Virus record (IMG/VR): IMGVR_UViG_3300008740_000043
Location: 1-25,904 of that record
Source of the DNA: a virus
Lineage: Duplodnaviria > Caudoviricetes
Length of the DNA: 25,904 bases
Reading direction: 5' to 3' (one strand)
Shown here: piece after piece, positions 7,380-14,910 of the stretch
How the letters are laid out: the number at the start of each line of letters is the position of its first letter
Position numbering within the stretch: position 1 is the stretch's first letter
Notes under the pieces: generated by a model
Told to the model about the DNA's origin: nothing
What the model saw: the letters and a program-made list of their open reading frames with translations, nothing else
Databases searched by the model: none
Made by a program: the position numbers and the translations under genes

Positions 7380-8783
7380 TTGGGGTTGGGTCATTTGCCT
7401 AAAGGACTAGCAGCAGAAGATACTAAGAAACTTATTCTAAGTGAAGTCGACTCTGACCAAACGGTAGTACCGCAACCATTTTGGTGTAAGAATAGTCTAT
7501 CTAAAAGACAAGACTGTTGTTTTTGGCATTTTGTAGGAAGTCCAGAACGTGATGATATATACCACCCTGTTTACGAATATGAGCAAATATTACTAGATGA
7601 ATTAGAAAAAGAGAAATGTCTAGCAGTATACAAAGCTACCGGGTTAGGTATTACTGAATTCATGATTAGATGGTTAGTATGGAAATCACTAACTGATGAT
7701 TTTTTCTTTGGTAAAGAAGCCATAATTATAACCGGACCGAATGTTGATTTGGCACAGGATATTATTAAAAGGGCTAAGGATTTAATCAGAGATAAGATAG
7801 ACTATCAGGACGCAGGGGTTTATGAGTTTATTGTAAATGGTAGTAGAATTAAATGTTATCCTTCAAACAACATTCACTCTGCTAGGGGTAAACCAAAAAT
7901 TTCTTGTTTCTTTGGAGACGAAGCAGCCTTCTTTAAAATTAGAGATGATAATATTGTAAGAACTGTAGGAGAACGTTACATTGGTAAATCAAACTCTTGG
8001 GTAGTTTGGGTATCTACAGCAGGAGAAGAAGCTGCAGGATTCTTTTTTGATATAATGGGAGAGAAAGATTCAATCTACAAGAAATTAGAGTTCTATTATG
8101 AATGGGGATTAAAGAAAGATAAGAAGACAAAGACAAGTGTATTCAATAAAGAGTTTATAGATTCTGCTATGGAAGCACGTTCCTTTGCTAGAGAATATTG
8201 CGGAGAGTGGGGTTCAAACTCTGGAGACATATTTAGTGCAGAAGCACTAGAAGGTGTATCTAATGATGATTATCCTATTAAACCAAACGACGATTCGTAT
8301 GACAGAGTAATGGCACTCGATCCCGGATTCAGTTCTTCAAACTTTGGAATAGTTATAGCACAAAGGTATAATAAGATACCACACATAATTTTTGCAGAAG
8401 ATTTTGAACGAACTTCATACACACAAATACTCTCAAAAATTAAAACGTTGGCTAAAAGCTATAAAATCAGGAAAATACGGGTTGACTCATCAAGACCCGA
8501 ATTAATTAAAGATTTGAGAGAATTAGGGTTTGATGTTGTTGGATTAAACTTTAGAGTATCAGGAAAAGAAATGACAGCAAACGCTTCAGAGAAAGTAGCA
8601 AAATTAGATGTTAGAATACACCCTACAATGAAGAGGTTGATATCTCAACTTATGACTATAAAATATAATACAAAGGGAACACCTGATAAGAACAACCATA
8701 ACCCATTCGATCTTGGAGACGCTTTTCTGATGTGTCTTTGGTACTACAAAATGGGTGGCGGTGTAGCCAAAGTGGTATATTAG
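7380..8783 (+). CDS. terL: Terminase large subunit
   Basis: Walker A-like YKATGLGITE, Walker B FFGDEAAF, motif III VST, FAREY, RNase H-like nuclease ALDPGF...DLGDA. Confidence 0.92.
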   Translation: MGLGHLPKGLAAEDTKKLILSEVDSDQTVVPQPFWCKNSLSKRQDCCFWHFVGSPERDDIYHPVYEYEQILLDELEKEKCLAVYKATGLGITEFMIRWLVWKSLTDDFFFGKEAIIITGPNVDLAQDIIKRAKDLIRDKIDYQDAGVYEFIVNGSRIKCYPSNNIHSARGKPKISCFFGDEAAFFKIRDDNIVRTVGERYIGKSNSWVVWVSTAGEEAAGFFFDIMGEKDSIYKKLEFYYEWGLKKDKKTKTSVFNKEFIDSAMEARSFAREYCGEWGSNSGDIFSAEALEGVSNDDYPIKPNDDSYDRVMALDPGFSSSNFGIVIAQRYNKIPHIIFAEDFERTSYTQILSKIKTLAKSYKIRKIRVDSSRPELIKDLRELGFDVVGLNFRVSGKEMTANASEKVAKLDVRIHPTMKRLISQLMTIKYNTKGTPDKNNHNPFDLGDAFLMCLWYYKMGGGVAKVVY

Positions 8784-8789
8784 TTCTCT
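8781..8789 (+). promoter_or_regulatory. Late-promoter motif copy (TAGTTCTCT)
   Basis: TTC core at 8784, 31 nt before ATG 8815. Confidence 0.7.
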
Positions 8790-8814
8790 TTTTGATTTAG
8801 ATTATACATACCGT

Positions 8815-9186
8815 ATGGTTTATTACCTTAAGTTAGACCAAAAAACATGGGGAGCAGGAGATTATGTTAATGATAATACTCTAGCCCTTACAGGTACAAT
8901 TTATAGTGATGAAGCACTATCTAGTGCAGTAAATATATCATCTTATACCCTTAAAATCAAGGTTTATCCTAAAGAAAGACCTGATTGGTATCAATTATCG
9001 GAAGACGCTGATATTGTATCAGGTTCAGATGGTACTTGGAGATATAAACCAACCATAAACAAACTAGACGACGCAGGATTATACAGAGTAGTTATTCAAC
9101 TATCTAAGACTGATGAAAGACTATCTGCAGTAGGTATAAAAGGATCAGATGAACTACTCGTAAGAAACGTGCCTACAATTACCTAA
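8815..9186 (+). CDS. Small beta-rich virion protein, BppU N-terminal/Ig-like
   Basis: Pattern GD...AVNISSYTLKI...IVSGSDGTWRY...LDDAGLYRVVIQL; has its own late motif. Confidence 0.55.
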   Translation: MVYYLKLDQKTWGAGDYVNDNTLALTGTIYSDEALSSAVNISSYTLKIKVYPKERPDWYQLSEDADIVSGSDGTWRYKPTINKLDDAGLYRVVIQLSKTDERLSAVGIKGSDELLVRNVPTIT

Positions 9187-9195
9187 TACTTCTCT
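9187..9195 (+). promoter_or_regulatory. Late-promoter motif copy (TACTTCTCT)
   Basis: TTC at 9190, 32 nt before TTG 9222. Confidence 0.75.
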
Positions 9196-9221
9196 AATTA
9201 ATTACCAACATTTATTGTTTA

Positions 9222-10547
9222 TTGGCAATATTTAAACCAAAAGTAACAGAGGGTAGAATAGCCGTTATTAACGAAGAGCATGGTAGTGCTTTGGTTAGAA
9301 GTTCTGATGGTGGATTTAGAGATTTTACATTTGAACCTGAAGTTAGTTTTGAAGACCTATTTTATACCAATGACCATGACGCTAGATTATCATTAGCATG
9401 TGATACTTATGTCCAACTTATCTTAGGTTCTGGATTAAAGATAAAAACTCAAAATGTCAAAGCAAAAAAGAAAATTGATAAATGGCTTAAAGTAACTCAA
9501 TTTGAACGTAAATTAGAAGACGCTACACATTCCCTAGTAGTAACAGGAAACGCTATTTTTGAGAAATTCCCAATGTATGCAGATTTAGTAGAAGTTGATA
9601 TTACAACAGTAAAAGAGATTGTTAGAGATGATCATGGTAAAGTAATAGAATATGTACAAGAGGTAGATGGTGTAGAAAATAGACTGAAACCTAAAGATAT
9701 ATGTCATTTCAAATTATCAAATAGGCATAGAGAGGTTTGGGGTAGAGGATTATTCCAATCTGTAGCCTCAAGAAGACTTATTGATGGTGTTTATGAACCA
9801 AGTCCAATAGAATCTATGTGGAAAGTAGAAAATGCTATGGTTAAGATTTTTGAGTCTTATGCTAGCCCTATGATGTTGATTCATTTCGCTGACGCAGGCG
9901 AACAATTCATAGAAAAACAAGCCGACGCATTTAAAAAGGCTAAACCGGGTGCAAAAATACTCACAGATAAGGAATTTGATGTAAAAGTATTCGAAGTTAA
10001 CCCTGCAAGCAAATTTGATAAATATATTGAGCATTTGCAGCAAGATGTGATAGAAGTCGGTTCACAATTCCCATTACAGATGTTTAACGCAGGATTTACA
10101 GCAAGAGCTTCTTCAGAAACAACCGATTCTGTCGTTTTAAGAAAGATTAAACGTATTCAAAGACGATTATCCGAGCAAATCAAGGTAGAAATCATTAATC
10201 CTATGCTAAAAATGAGTAAAATTGATCCAGATAAGGCAGATGTTAGCATTATTTTCGAAACAGAGAGTAAATTTGAGTTATCTGCTGATGATATTCAGAA
10301 ATTATTCGAAAAAGGAACGATTACAAGAGATGAAGTAAGAGGTTATCTCAAAAAGAATACAATTATTGACCTAGATGATGAAAAAGATGGAGATCAACCA
10401 CCAATTACAAGCGTTACACCAACAAACGACCTTCAAAATCAACAAATACCAACAGAATTTGATGAAAAACTAGAGGAATTGAAGGATTTAGTCAAAGAAA
10501 AGATACCAAAACCTCGTGGACGACCTAAAAAGTCTAGCATAGACTAA
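9222..10547 (+). CDS. Portal protein
   Basis: Position between TerL and the capsid gene, 441 aa, motifs LVVTGNAIFE, DICHFK, WGRGL; C-terminal KPRGRPKK. Confidence 0.88.
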   Translation: MAIFKPKVTEGRIAVINEEHGSALVRSSDGGFRDFTFEPEVSFEDLFYTNDHDARLSLACDTYVQLILGSGLKIKTQNVKAKKKIDKWLKVTQFERKLEDATHSLVVTGNAIFEKFPMYADLVEVDITTVKEIVRDDHGKVIEYVQEVDGVENRLKPKDICHFKLSNRHREVWGRGLFQSVASRRLIDGVYEPSPIESMWKVENAMVKIFESYASPMMLIHFADAGEQFIEKQADAFKKAKPGAKILTDKEFDVKVFEVNPASKFDKYIEHLQQDVIEVGSQFPLQMFNAGFTARASSETTDSVVLRKIKRIQRRLSEQIKVEIINPMLKMSKIDPDKADVSIIFETESKFELSADDIQKLFEKGTITRDEVRGYLKKNTIIDLDDEKDGDQPPITSVTPTNDLQNQQIPTEFDEKLEELKDLVKEKIPKPRGRPKKSSID

Positions 10548-10548
10548 T

Positions 10549-10577
10549 TACTTCTATTAATAATTAATAGTTATTAA
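10549..10577 (+). promoter_or_regulatory. Late-promoter motif (TACTTCTAT) overlapped by 21-bp palindrome copy 2
   Basis: TTC at 10552, 32 nt before ATG 10584; TTAATAATTAATAGTTATTAA at 10557-10577. Confidence 0.75.
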
Positions 10578-10583
10578 CATTTT

Positions 10584-12458
10584 ATGAAGAAAATTACAGG
10601 TTTACTAGCTTTACCTCGTATTTCTCGTAATGGTAATTTCTATTTTCCAGAAGAATTAGCAAAAGCAGATGGTAAAACAGTACCTTTGAGATGGAATCAT
10701 ATCCAAGACAACGAAGGTATCATTGGTACAGCAAAACTTATGTATGATGAGGAAAAAATGCAGATTAATTATGAAGCAACAGTAGAAAATGAAGCAATAG
10801 AATCACAATTAGGAAATAAAGAATTTAAAGTAAGTCTAGGCGCAGAACCACAGAAAGAAGAACGTATTTGTCATGATGAAGGTAAATGTTATAACGTTCC
10901 ATTAGGATTAAATTTTAAAGAAATGTCAATAGTAGAAACTCCGGGAATTCCTGAAGCTACTTTAGACGTTATTGAATACTTTACAACAGAATCAGTTAAG
11001 TTTGAAGAGTGTGATTGTGAAAATACTTCTAATAATACTTCCAATAAAGAAATAAGCATGGCAGAAGAAACCGAAACAAAGGTTACTGTAGATACAAAGG
11101 AAGTTCCTGCTGAAAAACCAGTAGAAGCACCTCAATGTCCTGAAGGTCAAACCTACAAGGACGGTAAATGTGTTCCAGAAGCACCAGCTCCAGAAGCTCC
11201 AAAAGCACCTGAAGCAGTTGTTCCTGCACCAACCGCTCAAGTAGCAGCACCTCAAGAAGATTGTGGTTGTTCTAAGGAAACTAAAGCAGAGGAAACCAAT
11301 GTTGAAACAGATATTAATGCAAAGGTTGAAGCCAAACTAGAATCCATTCAAGATGAGATTCGTGAGAACTATTCTCCAAAAGCAAAGGTTGAAGAAAACG
11401 CAGTTCCAAAAGGCTACGTTGAAGAAGGTGTTGACCAACAGGTCGAAGACCTCAAAAAAGTGCTAAAAGGAAACAGTGTTGTCATTGAAATTGACAAAGA
11501 GGACTTTTATCAAGCCCACACTGTAAAAGAAAACTCTCCTGTTACAGAAGCAGTTTCTACTTCAGGTACTATCCCAACCGTTTCTGCTCAAAGAGATATC
11601 ATTGTTCTACCGGGTGGCATTAGTGTCAAACCTGTAAGACAATGGACACAGTTCAAAGAGATTCCGCAAGGCAACGACAAAGTTCGTTTCTACAAGATTG
11701 ATATCCCTGCATTTGGCGATATCACTGAAGGTGGAAGCGACATTACTGCAAGCACCCATACTTTAACTAGTATTGATGTTGCAGCAGATACCCCTCGTGG
11801 TTTCCGTCAAGTAGTAAAGAAAACAGAGATTGAAAAATACCCAAGTGGTCTATTAGAAGCAATCCGTTCTACTGCAAGACTAAGAGCTATCCAAGACGAA
11901 GCAAGTATTATCTTGAAAGATATCGCAGCACCAGCTGCAGCAGCAAGTGGATATAACACTTTTGTTGCAGGCAAACATTTGAGAGCTGACACAGGCGCAA
12001 ACGTTGGATCAACATCTGACGAAGACGCAGCTGGAGAGTTCTTGAAAGAGGGTGTAGAGTTTGGTCGTCAAAAACTAGAAGAAGCAGGCTATGATGTAAG
12101 TCCGGGCAACGTTGTCTTGGCAATCACACCAAGAGCTTTTAGAACATTAATTTCTGATCCTGACATAGCAAGATTTGTACAAAACGGAGATCCTTCTATC
12201 TCACAACAAGGTAGATTGGAAAGATACTTAGGTGTCGATCTATTTGTTACAAACACACTACGAACTGCAAATAACTCTTACAGAAATGTAATGTGGGTTA
12301 AAGGCAAAGCTTTCGCAGTTGCTTCAGGAAGAAAACTCGAATTAGAGTTTGACAAGAACATTGATAACCAATCCGTTTCTGTAGTTGCAACACATAGAAC
12401 CAACGCAGGAATATTGGACAGCAACGCTTACGTTATCTTAAGTAGCAAACAAGATTAG
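10584..12458 (+). CDS. Prohead protease-scaffold-major capsid protein fusion (HK97 fold)
   Basis: N-terminal SRNGNFY, PLRWNH, VSLG and EMSIVETPG (phage prohead protease pattern); Pro/Ala/Glu-rich linker; C-terminal MCP-like region (TEG, AITPRAFRTL, GRLERYLGVDLFVTN). Confidence 0.88.
   Translation: MKKITGLLALPRISRNGNFYFPEELAKADGKTVPLRWNHIQDNEGIIGTAKLMYDEEKMQINYEATVENEAIESQLGNKEFKVSLGAEPQKEERICHDEGKCYNVPLGLNFKEMSIVETPGIPEATLDVIEYFTTESVKFEECDCENTSNNTSNKEISMAEETETKVTVDTKEVPAEKPVEAPQCPEGQTYKDGKCVPEAPAPEAPKAPEAVVPAPTAQVAAPQEDCGCSKETKAEETNVETDINAKVEAKLESIQDEIRENYSPKAKVEENAVPKGYVEEGVDQQVEDLKKVLKGNSVVIEIDKEDFYQAHTVKENSPVTEAVSTSGTIPTVSAQRDIIVLPGGISVKPVRQWTQFKEIPQGNDKVRFYKIDIPAFGDITEGGSDITASTHTLTSIDVAADTPRGFRQVVKKTEIEKYPSGLLEAIRSTARLRAIQDEASIILKDIAAPAAAASGYNTFVAGKHLRADTGANVGSTSDEDAAGEFLKEGVEFGRQKLEEAGYDVSPGNVVLAITPRAFRTLISDPDIARFVQNGDPSISQQGRLERYLGVDLFVTNTLRTANNSYRNVMWVKGKAFAVASGRKLELEFDKNIDNQSVSVVATHRTNAGILDSNAYVILSSKQD
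11024..11033 (+). promoter_or_regulatory. Internal late-promoter motif inside the capsid gene (TACTTCTAAT)
   Basis: TTC at 11027, 31 nt before the in-frame ATG 11058; 10/10 identical to the copy at 12734. Confidence 0.7.
11058..12458 (+). CDS. Nested in-frame scaffold-MCP isoform lacking the protease domain (466 aa)
   Basis: ATG 158 codons into the fusion gene (MAEETETKV), just after the protease domain, preceded by the late motif at the standard spacing. Confidence 0.65.
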   Translation: MAEETETKVTVDTKEVPAEKPVEAPQCPEGQTYKDGKCVPEAPAPEAPKAPEAVVPAPTAQVAAPQEDCGCSKETKAEETNVETDINAKVEAKLESIQDEIRENYSPKAKVEENAVPKGYVEEGVDQQVEDLKKVLKGNSVVIEIDKEDFYQAHTVKENSPVTEAVSTSGTIPTVSAQRDIIVLPGGISVKPVRQWTQFKEIPQGNDKVRFYKIDIPAFGDITEGGSDITASTHTLTSIDVAADTPRGFRQVVKKTEIEKYPSGLLEAIRSTARLRAIQDEASIILKDIAAPAAAASGYNTFVAGKHLRADTGANVGSTSDEDAAGEFLKEGVEFGRQKLEEAGYDVSPGNVVLAITPRAFRTLISDPDIARFVQNGDPSISQQGRLERYLGVDLFVTNTLRTANNSYRNVMWVKGKAFAVASGRKLELEFDKNIDNQSVSVVATHRTNAGILDSNAYVILSSKQD

Positions 12459-12481
12459 TCAATAAGGTTAGACTAGTAAAT

Positions 12482-12490
12482 AACTTCCCT
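12482..12490 (+). promoter_or_regulatory. Late-promoter motif copy (AACTTCCCT)
   Basis: TTC at 12485, 32 nt before ATG 12517. Confidence 0.7.
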
Positions 12491-12516
12491 TATCTTTTTA
12501 TTATTTAAACTAAACA

Positions 12517-12729
12517 ATGGTAGATATTGAAGATCGTCTTTTTCAACGAATCGACAAGTTCGAAGAACGTTTAGATGATACATGTAATCGTATTGAGAAG
12601 ATTGACGCATATATCACATTAGAAAGAGAAAACTCTGAACGAAAATTTAATAAGGCAGTAGGCGTACTAGGCACAATTATTGGTGCTGTAGGATTATTCA
12701 GTATAATGGACTACTTACCTAGCATTTAA
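12517..12729 (+). CDS. Coiled-coil plus C-terminal TM protein (XhlA/holin-accessory-like)
   Basis: Charged heptad N-terminus, then hydrophobic AVGVLGTIIGAVGLFSIM. Confidence 0.7.
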   Translation: MVDIEDRLFQRIDKFEERLDDTCNRIEKIDAYITLERENSERKFNKAVGVLGTIIGAVGLFSIMDYLPSI

Positions 12730-12733
12730 ATAT

Positions 12734-12743
12734 TACTTCTAAT
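12734..12743 (+). promoter_or_regulatory. Late-promoter motif copy (TACTTCTAAT)
   Basis: TTC at 12737, 32 nt before ATG 12769. Confidence 0.72.
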
Positions 12744-12768
12744 TTGATAGAATCATGGGGGTTTTGAT

Positions 12769-12927
12769 ATGTGGACAACAAGATATGTAGGAATCATTTC
12801 TTATGGTTTGATCTCTGCACTGTTAGTTGCAAAAGACATTGTAAAAGATGTTGAGGGAGCAGTTATATTACTTGCACCTGTAGCAGCATTTATAGTAGCA
12901 GATCAAATTAAACATAGAAACGAATAG
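12769..12927 (+). CDS. Small two-TM holin-like membrane protein (52 aa), not in the ORF track
   Basis: MWTTRYVGIISYGLISALLVAKDIVKDVEGAVILLAPVAAFIVADQIKHRNE*; two hydrophobic segments, charged tail, own late motif. Confidence 0.75.
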   Translation: MWTTRYVGIISYGLISALLVAKDIVKDVEGAVILLAPVAAFIVADQIKHRNE

Positions 12928-12930
12928 ACT

Positions 12931-12944
12931 GCTTTTATATAAAA
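12931..12944 (+). promoter_or_regulatory. Canonical archaeal TATA box of the metalloprotease gene
   Basis: GCTTTTATATAAAA, with the TATA element starting about 27 nt upstream of ATG 12961; no WASTTC motif. Confidence 0.6.
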
Positions 12945-12960
12945 AATTTAGGTATATAAT

Positions 12961-13791
12961 ATGGAATACCTATACATTCTCCTTTTTTTCTTAGCATTTG
13001 CTATGGTTGGACTAATGATTGGTGTAACTATGGAAGCTGCTTTTGCAGATTATTTTGACGCAGTAAATATTAGATATAATGACAATCCTGTAACTTGTAT
13101 ATTTGAACCCGAATATGATGAAGATTATTTTAATTCAAACCAACTTAATGCAGTATTCACAGGTGTGAAGGAATGGGAAAACACATTAACTAGAGCAACG
13201 GGTGGAGATTGGTATATCCCAATTTATGTATATGAATGGGAAGATCATGTAGATAAAGAAGTTCATGATTTTATGAATTGTGATATTTTTATAACATTTG
13301 AAGAACATAATGATGGTAAGATTGTAAACAACAGTGCATTAGGATTTAATTATTTTAATCATAGTTGGTCAAAACACAAATATTCACATATAGTAGTATT
13401 CTCAAATACAATAGATAAAGAATCACTTAATATTGATTTGGGTGTAATACAAGATGGAGATCATATAGAAATAGTATTAAAATCAGTTAGAGTGCCTGAT
13501 TCTGATATTCATCATATAGTAAAACATGAGTATGGACATGCAGTAGGATTACTACACCATTGGAATACAGATAAATCAAACGAAATTAAGAGTGTAATGC
13601 ACCCTGTTTTTGATCCATTTACAGATTTTTATATGGAAATACAACCTAGAGATGTATATGGAATAGTTCAACTATATGGAGAAGACGGGTGGGGTAAACC
13701 AAATCCCTTATTTGTAGGTAAAAAAATAGAAAGTTTGGAATGGTTTATTCCAAAGATTGACGTACTTGACGTAAGAGTATTGTTGCAATAA
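12961..13791 (+). CDS. Membrane-anchored or secreted metzincin (matrixin/M10-like) zinc metalloprotease
   Basis: HEYGHAVGLLH (HExxHxxGxxH), Met-turn SVMHP, D-x-x-G-I-x-x-L-Y-G terminal helix, N-terminal hydrophobic signal. Confidence 0.9.
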   Translation: MEYLYILLFFLAFAMVGLMIGVTMEAAFADYFDAVNIRYNDNPVTCIFEPEYDEDYFNSNQLNAVFTGVKEWENTLTRATGGDWYIPIYVYEWEDHVDKEVHDFMNCDIFITFEEHNDGKIVNNSALGFNYFNHSWSKHKYSHIVVFSNTIDKESLNIDLGVIQDGDHIEIVLKSVRVPDSDIHHIVKHEYGHAVGLLHHWNTDKSNEIKSVMHPVFDPFTDFYMEIQPRDVYGIVQLYGEDGWGKPNPLFVGKKIESLEWFIPKIDVLDVRVLLQ

Positions 13792-13885
13792 AATCAAATT
13801 CTTCCATAAAATCGCCTGTTTTATACACATATCTTTCCATATCTCCTAGCCATTTTATGTTGTTTTGTTGTAATAAAATTTGCAT
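13745..13885 (-). CDS. Putative small antisense-oriented protein (46 aa), not in the ORF track
   Basis: MQILLQQNNIKWLGDMERYVYKTGDFMEEFDFIATILLRQVRQSLE*; ATCTTTATAT with TTTATA at -30..-25, the same string as the 6815 promoter. Confidence 0.45.
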   Translation of the reverse strand: MQILLQQNNIKWLGDMERYVYKTGDFMEEFDFIATILLRQVRQSLE

Positions 13886-13894
13886 AACTTCTCT
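13886..13894 (+). promoter_or_regulatory. Late-promoter motif copy (AACTTCTCT)
   Basis: TTC at 13889, 34 nt before ATG 13923. Confidence 0.65.
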
Positions 13895-13922
13895 TTATAT
13901 AATCCCTAATATAAAGATGTAT

Positions 13923-14243
13923 ATGGTATATGGAGATTCAGCAGAAGTTCAGAAGCTAGTTTGGGGGAATGTAAAGTCTTCAACCCCTGCAAACGTAGCA
14001 AGTGCTTTACAGGTGGCTACAACTAAGATTAATTCAGTATTAAATTTACAAACAGATATGAGTTCAGTTCCAGAAAGGATTAAAACTATAGCAGAATTAT
14101 ATGCAGCAGGACTTATCCAAGAAGCAAGGACAGGTCGAGAATCCACTTTTACTAAACAGGCTATGGAAGTCTTACTAGCAGTACGAGATCAACAAATTCC
14201 TACTCAAGAGGGTAATTGGGGAAATGTTAGGTTCGTGTGGTAG
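13923..14243 (+). CDS. Probable head-tail adaptor (SPP1 gp15/HK97 gp6/Mu gp36-like)
   Basis: About 106 aa, N-terminal MVYGDSAEVQ, helical ATTKINSVL and VPERIKTIA; position after the head genes; start reassigned using the late motif. Confidence 0.65.
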   Translation: MVYGDSAEVQKLVWGNVKSSTPANVASALQVATTKINSVLNLQTDMSSVPERIKTIAELYAAGLIQEARTGRESTFTKQAMEVLLAVRDQQIPTQEGNWGNVRFVW

Positions 14244-14285
14244 TGAGGAAGAAGAAAGACCGGAATGGGATTGGTTGAAAAGAAA

Positions 14286-14375
14286 ATGAAATGTGAAATA
14301 TGTGGAAATAATATAACTGATGATGGAAACAATCAATATGAGGATCACTTGATGTGGCATGACCGTAACGATTAG
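14286..14375 (+). CDS. C2H2-like Zn-finger microprotein (29 aa), not in the ORF track
   Basis: MKCEICGNNITDDGNNQYEDHLMWHDRND*; CxxC-x14-HxxxH; fills the gap between the adaptor and terminator genes. Confidence 0.5.
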   Translation: MKCEICGNNITDDGNNQYEDHLMWHDRND

Positions 14376-14874
14376 AAATCTAAGTGGTGCAAGAGAAAAC
14401 TTTGATAAAGTTCTTGACTATCATTTAACAAACGATTGGACTTCAGGTAACACAGGGGGGGTTACACCTGATATAGAAAATGGAACTGATGATCCTGACT
14501 TTATGGCTAGACAGGATATAACAGGTGCAAATAAAATTTTTATCAACGTCGTTAGTAGAGCAAGAAGTTCTGATTCTGAAAATGATCCAAACGGAGATGG
14601 TTCACATGAATGGAGAACTGAAGTTTCAGTTGATGTTTGGGCAGAGGATTTAGAAACTTTGGGTTTATTTGAAGATGAAGTTAATCGTATAGTTTGGGAA
14701 AGAGCTCCTGATAATTCTACAAGATTAGTTAAATCAAACGGAGCTAACAGTGAGGCACAATTTTTTGAAAACACTGAATTAGAATTTAACCGTATTGAAC
14801 CTGAAGGAGAATTAGACACCAATCCTAGTAGTCAAGGATTCTTGATTATAGTATGGTATAAGGATAAATCATAG
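14359..14874 (+). CDS. Probable tail terminator/completion protein
   Basis: Acidic 171 aa directly upstream of the tail tube; VSVDVWA strand followed by helix LFEDEVNRIV. Confidence 0.6.
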   Translation: MTVTIRNLSGARENFDKVLDYHLTNDWTSGNTGGVTPDIENGTDDPDFMARQDITGANKIFINVVSRARSSDSENDPNGDGSHEWRTEVSVDVWAEDLETLGLFEDEVNRIVWERAPDNSTRLVKSNGANSEAQFFENTELEFNRIEPEGELDTNPSSQGFLIIVWYKDKS

Positions 14875-14875
14875 A

Positions 14876-14884
14876 TACTTCTCT
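14876..14884 (+). promoter_or_regulatory. Late-promoter motif copy (TACTTCTCT)
   Basis: TTC at 14879, 32 nt before ATG 14911. Confidence 0.75.
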
Positions 14885-14910
14885 TTATTATTTTAATCTA
14901 AGGGTTTACT

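Noticed and set aside
13857-13922. Longer start of the adaptor gene (MLFCCNK...)
   Set aside because: The extension spans the promoter motif and is not protein-like; ATG 13923 fits better
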